Positions 59,428-64,000 of a DNA stretch of 64,000 bases are shown one piece after another (position 1 is the stretch's first letter; the number at the start of each line of letters is the position of its first letter). The position numbers and the translations under genes were made by a program. A model generated the notes under the pieces. It worked only from the letters and a program-made list of their open reading frames with translations. It was not told where the DNA came from and ran no database searches. Source of the stretch: Ignavibacteriota bacterium (GTDB lineage Bacteria; Bacteroidota; Ignavibacteria; UBA10030; UBA6906). Where the stretch lies: NCBI GenBank assembly GCA_963801355.1, contig CAWDEM010000008.1, positions 1,376,001 to 1,440,000 on the forward strand, read 5' to 3'.

Positions 59428-61644
59428 TTACACACCGGCGCCCGGGGCGCCGGCCTTCCGCCTCACCTGGCTGGGCACGATGCCAAACTGCTCGTGGAAA
59501 CATTTGGTGAGGTATGCGGGGCTTCCGAACCCCACCGTGTAGGCGATCTCGGAAACCGTACCGGCGTCACGTTCGATGAGGTCCTTCGCCCGCTGGAGAC
59601 GCACCGACCGTATCAACTGATTCGGGGACTGGTTGACAAGTGCGGTGAGCTTCCGGTGGAGCTGGCTGTAACTCATTGCGACATCGCGCGCCAGGTCTTC
59701 AACGCTGAATCTCTCATTCCCCATGCACTGCTCGATCGATGCCATGACCTTCGTCAGGAATGTCTCATCCATGGAAGTGATCGCGATTTCGGAAGGCTTC
59801 AGTGCCGTGGTGTGGGCAAAGCGCTCGCGCAGGCGTTTGCGCCCCTGAACGAGATTACGAATACGGGTTTCAAGCTCCGACCAATCGAATGGCTTGAGTA
59901 CATAATCGTCGGCACCGGTCTCGAGTCCAGCCATTTTCGTCTCCTGATCGGCCCTGGCTGTGAGGAGAAGAACCGGGATGTGGCTTGTCCGTATATCGTC
60001 TTTCAGGCACCGGCAGAGCTGGATGCCATCCACGACCGGCATGCCGACGTCGCTGATGACGATATCGGGGATGATGTCGCGGGCGATGGAGAGTCCGATT
60101 TCCCCGTCGGATGCTTCAAAGATCCTGAATGACCTTTTCAGGTTTTGACAGAGATGCCGCCGCATGTCCGGGTCGTCCTCTATGATCAACATCAAGGGGA
60201 GACCAGCCGCCACCGGCTGATGCAATTCCGATTGCCCGCCTGGTGCGGGGACTCCGTCGGCAGATTCCAGTTTGTGCGGACCGGGGATCACGTACCGAGG
60301 TTCTTCCCCCATCATCTCTTCAGGTGCGAAGCAGCTCCGGTCGATGGGCAGCTGCACGGTGAACGTGGATCCCCGATGTTCATCGCTTGTCACGTTGATC
60401 GCGCCGTGGTGAATCTCCGCGAGCCCCTTGGTAAGGGCAAGTCCGAGCCCCGTACCGGCCTGCCAGTCGGTTTCCTCCACCTGATAGTACCGGTCGAAGA
60501 GACGCGCCAGCTTGTCGGCGGGGATGCCGCGTCCACTGTCGGCGACGGTGAGAGCAGCCCATCGCGCTGATGCGGGTCCGGCGTCGATCAGCGTTAGTGC
60601 CACTTCCACCGTCCCGCTCTGTGGAGTGAACTTGAGTGCATTCGAAAGGAGATTGTAGAGCATCGTCTCGACTTTCTCGCGATCGAAGAAGCCTGGCAAT
60701 GTCGCTGGGGCAGGCGCGAACCGGAGTGTAATGCCCTTCTGTTCCGCCAGAGGGTGGAAGGATTCCACGACCGAGTGTACGAGCGGAACGAGGTCTCCCT
60801 CATCGATGTGGAGCTTCAGGCTTTTTGCTTCGAGCCGGGAGAGATCGAGGAGATTGGTGATGAGGCGGAGGAGGCGGTGTGCATTGCGCCGGATCCGACG
60901 ATATTCTTCCTGCGGATCGCTCTCCCGCGCGTGCGCGATGAGTTGTTCGATGGGTCCGAGTATCAACGTAAGGGGTGCCCGGAATTCGTGCGAGATGTCG
61001 GCAAAGAAGCGGGATTTGAGTTCATCCAGCTCACGCCATTTCTCGGTTTCCAGGCGTGCAACGGCCAGTTCCGCTTTCTTCCGGTTGGTTTCTTCCTGAA
61101 GACGGGCATTCACGATCAGTTGCCCTGCCTGTGCGCTCAGAATCATCAGAAGGCGTTGATCGTCCTTCGTAAAAGAGTGGCCCCCCTTCTTGTTCACCAT
61201 CATGAACACACCGGTGAGACGGCCCTGGTTGACAATCGGCACACAGAGCACCGACCGGACGTCTGCCCGTTCTTGTTCATTTGTCTCGAATCTGCGGTCG
61301 GTGGCGAGGTTTTCGATGAGCAGGGGTTTCCTGTCATACATGACAGCGCCGGTGATATGAGTCCCTATGTGGTAGTTGTGACGGAGCGAGCTCCGATTGT
61401 CCTGGCGGATAAATGTCGTCAGGGATGTGTCGGTCTCGCCCGTTACCAGGAGAATCGAACCTTGCTCGGCGTCGACCACCTTAAGCGACTTGTCGATGAT
61501 CATCCCCAGCATCGCCTCGAGGGAGCCGGCGCCGCTGGCTTCCAGAGCGATGTCGTTGAGGAGCTTGAGCTCTTCGACCGCAGCCTGGAGACGCTGGATT
61601 TCCTCGTGAGGGTCCGGCATGTGGCGTGGTGGATGTGCCTTCAT
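59428..61644 (-). CDS. Cytoplasmic hybrid regulator GAF-HisKA-HATPase-REC-AraC
   Basis: GAF 'SVLCVPI'; SHEFRAPL; NLLSNALKFT; GTGLGL; 'SDVGMP'; AraC 'VSEIAYTVGFGSPAYLTKCF'. Confidence 0.92.
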   Translation of the reverse strand: MKAHPPRHMPDPHEEIQRLQAAVEELKLLNDIALEASGAGSLEAMLGMIIDKSLKVVDAEQGSILLVTGETDTSLTTFIRQDNRSSLRHNYHIGTHITGAVMYDRKPLLIENLATDRRFETNEQERADVRSVLCVPIVNQGRLTGVFMMVNKKGGHSFTKDDQRLLMILSAQAGQLIVNARLQEETNRKKAELAVARLETEKWRELDELKSRFFADISHEFRAPLTLILGPIEQLIAHARESDPQEEYRRIRRNAHRLLRLITNLLDLSRLEAKSLKLHIDEGDLVPLVHSVVESFHPLAEQKGITLRFAPAPATLPGFFDREKVETMLYNLLSNALKFTPQSGTVEVALTLIDAGPASARWAALTVADSGRGIPADKLARLFDRYYQVEETDWQAGTGLGLALTKGLAEIHHGAINVTSDEHRGSTFTVQLPIDRSCFAPEEMMGEEPRYVIPGPHKLESADGVPAPGGQSELHQPVAAGLPLMLIIEDDPDMRRHLCQNLKRSFRIFEASDGEIGLSIARDIIPDIVISDVGMPVVDGIQLCRCLKDDIRTSHIPVLLLTARADQETKMAGLETGADDYVLKPFDWSELETRIRNLVQGRKRLRERFAHTTALKPSEIAITSMDETFLTKVMASIEQCMGNERFSVEDLARDVAMSYSQLHRKLTALVNQSPNQLIRSVRLQRAKDLIERDAGTVSEIAYTVGFGSPAYLTKCFHEQFGIVPSQVRRKAGAPGAGV

Positions 61645-61662
61645 GTGTGTATCATCGGCGTG

Positions 61663-64000
61663 TCAGGGCCGATCTGATAGTCCAATTCTCATCAACAGAG
61701 CCCCGTAGCGCGGATCGTCTTTCAGATTTGCCATATTCGGGTCGACTTTCAGAAAGAGGAAATTCGTGGAGCGTTCTTCGTAGGCCCGCTGGAGCCAGCG
61801 AAACGCATCGTCCTTCCTATTCAGGCGTGCGCATACTGATGCGATGTGGAATGAGGAGACGTACATCGTGCGCACACGAACTTCAAGGAGGCTGAGTTGC
61901 TCCGCCCAATACCCGTGCCAGCCTGACGACCTGTATGCAGACTGAAGTCGTGAAACAGGGTCTGCCATTGCTCTTCCCAGTGTCGCGAAGCTTCCTCCGG
62001 TCACGCTCGCGACGCGAAGATATTCCACCAGGGCTTCTTCATTCTTTCCCAGTATCTCGTATACTTCCCCGAGACCTGAGTGCGCGGGAGCGCAGAGCGA
62101 ATCAAGTTCGAGTGTTTTCTGAAACTGCGCAATCGCCCGGTCATACCTCTGTGCGTGGATATAAATCCACCCTGCCGACGCGGCAATGATGACGGACAAT
62201 GGGTCGAGCTCCTGGGCACGCTGCATCTCGCTGATTGCAGAATCGTGGCGTTCGAGAGCCGAGAGGAGGAGGGCATACCAGTGATGCCCGGTCGCATAGC
62301 TTGGATTCAACGCGAGGGCGTGCTTCAGGTCCTGCTCTGATCCAGACCAATCCCAGTCGTACACCAGGCGTGTTGCCGCAAGTGAGACGTAACCCTCGGC
62401 CATCCGGGGATCGAGCTCCAGCGCCTTCTGTGCAGCTGGTCTCCAGTACGTCTTGACGGAGTCGAACGGGGCCAAGCCGTTGTACCAGATGGTCGCGTAG
62501 ACATCGGCGATCCCGGCATAGGCTGGGGCATACGACGGGTCAATGTGCGCCGCAGTACGAAAGTACTCGAGGCTTTTCTGAAATCCCGCTGAGGTCCACT
62601 TGTTCCAATAGAACCGTCCGTACACGCATGCCTGGTACGCTTCGGGGTTCACAGGCTCTCTGTGCGCCAATTGGGCCTGTTCCTCGGGAGTGAGGACGAC
62701 TTTGATTTCATGCACAATCGCCTGCGCCACCCTACTCTGCAGGGCGTTGATGTCCTCCAACTCCTGCTTGTAGTTTTCTCCCCAGATTTGTTGCTCCGGA
62801 TTGGCGTTGATGAGGTTTACCGATACGCGAACACTCTTGCCCGACAGCTGGGTCGATCCATCGATGAGGGCATCGACGTTGAGCTCACGAGCGATTTCCG
62901 GCAGCGGTTTCTGTGAATTTTTGAACCGCATCGCTGAGCGCGATGAGCGCACCACCAACGCCCTGATCTTGGAGAGCTCTGTGCTCAGAGCCTCCGTCAT
63001 CCCTTCGGCGAACACCGTATCTTCAAGACGCGCGGATGTGTTTCTGAAGGGGAGAACGGCGAGCGAACGGACAGTTGCCTGCCGGTCTGGTTGACCCGTT
63101 AACACGAAAATCGTGACGGCAACGCCGCAGAGCGCTGCTGCGGCGCCTGCATAGAGAGGCCACCTGGTTCGGCGCTGGGCCGATCCGTAAGGGCGCACCG
63201 CTCCGACTGTCGAACTCCCGCCTGCGAGCGGCCGCATGTCCGCCATCAATTCTTCGACGCGTTGGTATCGCCGTGCGGGGTCTTTGGTGAGCGCCCGCGC
63301 AAGAACAGTGGTGAGCCCCCCGTGGATGTCCGGCCGGAGATTTTCGATCGGCTGAGGTTCCACTTCGAGAATGCTATAGAGAATTGCAGGATCATACTCT
63401 CCCCTGAACGGCTGCCGTCCTGAGAGCATCTCGTAGAGCACGGCGCCCAGTGCCCAGATGTCCGTCCGATGGTCCACCTCCATCCCGCGCAGCTGTTCCG
63501 GCGACATGTAGGCAAGCGTCCCCAGCGTGCTTCCCGCCTTTGTCAGCATCGATAACCCGCTGAGCTTTGCTAGCCCGAAATCCACGATCTTTGCAACCCC
63601 ATCGGGGGTGACCATGATATTCGCGGGTTTGATGTCGCGGTGGACGATCCCGTGCTCGTGCGCCTTGGCGAGACCTCGAGCTACCTGCACTGCGAGGTCG
63701 ATCGCCTCTTCGCTCTTCAGCGGGCCACGCCCGATCTTCTGCTTCAGCGTCTCGCCGTCATAGAACGCCATGACAATGAAAACCTGACCATCCTCTGTCT
63801 CCCCGATTTCATGGACGGTACAGATGTTCTGATGGTCGAGGGAAGATGCAGCCTTAGCCTCGTGGACGAACCGCTCCTTGGCTTCTGGATCGCAAGTGAG
63901 GTCCGGAGAAAGAAATTTGAGCGCGACCGGGCGGTCAAGCTTGAGGTCCTGGGCTTTGAAGACCACGCCCATACCCCCGCCGCCGAGGTGCTCGAGGATC
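61663..64000 (-). CDS. Hanks-type Ser/Thr kinase with TM, TolB-N-like domain and TPRs; 5' end beyond the window
   Basis: LGGGGMGVVF, VALKFL, HRDIKPANI, DFGLA, YMSPEQ; 'SLAVLPF'; TPR repeats. Confidence 0.95.
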   Translation of the reverse strand, partial: ILEHLGGGGMGVVFKAQDLKLDRPVALKFLSPDLTCDPEAKERFVHEAKAASSLDHQNICTVHEIGETEDGQVFIVMAFYDGETLKQKIGRGPLKSEEAIDLAVQVARGLAKAHEHGIVHRDIKPANIMVTPDGVAKIVDFGLAKLSGLSMLTKAGSTLGTLAYMSPEQLRGMEVDHRTDIWALGAVLYEMLSGRQPFRGEYDPAILYSILEVEPQPIENLRPDIHGGLTTVLARALTKDPARRYQRVEELMADMRPLAGGSSTVGAVRPYGSAQRRTRWPLYAGAAAALCGVAVTIFVLTGQPDRQATVRSLAVLPFRNTSARLEDTVFAEGMTEALSTELSKIRALVVRSSRSAMRFKNSQKPLPEIARELNVDALIDGSTQLSGKSVRVSVNLINANPEQQIWGENYKQELEDINALQSRVAQAIVHEIKVVLTPEEQAQLAHREPVNPEAYQACVYGRFYWNKWTSAGFQKSLEYFRTAAHIDPSYAPAYAGIADVYATIWYNGLAPFDSVKTYWRPAAQKALELDPRMAEGYVSLAATRLVYDWDWSGSEQDLKHALALNPSYATGHHWYALLLSALERHDSAISEMQRAQELDPLSVIIAASAGWIYIHAQRYDRAIAQFQKTLELDSLCAPAHSGLGEVYEILGKNEEALVEYLRVASVTGGSFATLGRAMADPVSRLQSAYRSSGWHGYWAEQLSLLEVRVRTMYVSSFHIASVCARLNRKDDAFRWLQRAYEERSTNFLFLKVDPNMANLKDDPRYGALLMRIGLSDRP

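Overview
Bacterial chromosomal window, GC-rich by eye, with no rRNA, tRNA, CRISPR array, integrase or transposase seen. Three proteins end in a T9SS C-terminal sorting domain of the QNYPNPFNPSTTI type, which suggests Ignavibacteria or a related FCB-group lineage (inference). Main blocks: (1) 1-10.3 kb, a putative sigma54 regulon with three monoheme c-type cytochromes, a T9SS-secreted 4xCHRD protein, a lipoprotein and two cupredoxins around a porin and a HK/NtrC-type pair; two sigma54 promoters share a dyad enhancer motif. (2) 10.4-21.5 kb, mixed genes: GH-like propeller, desulfurase-like PLP enzyme, transglutaminase, AbiEii TA pair, ECF sigma/anti-sigma, SGNH esterase. (3) 21.6-41.5 kb, a cobalamin-dependent methyl-transfer module (URO-D-fold methyltransferase, AcsE-like, MetV/MetF, corrinoid protein, second URO-D-fold gene) among glycan genes (GH88, DUF2264, SSS, DUF5916, DUF4091), with two 16-bp tandem arrays next to promoters. 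(4) A standalone GMP synthase ATPPase and two T9SS cargo genes with in-frame palindromic or heptamer insertions in their CTDs. (5) 47-53 kb, a ZraSR-like sigma54 locus with four single-base frameshifts. (6) A redox/sulfur mini-cluster with an internally deleted FmdB remnant, then DUF2339, a GAF-HK-REC-AraC hybrid and a Ser/Thr kinase-TPR gene. Family calls come from motif recognition by eye, not database searches.
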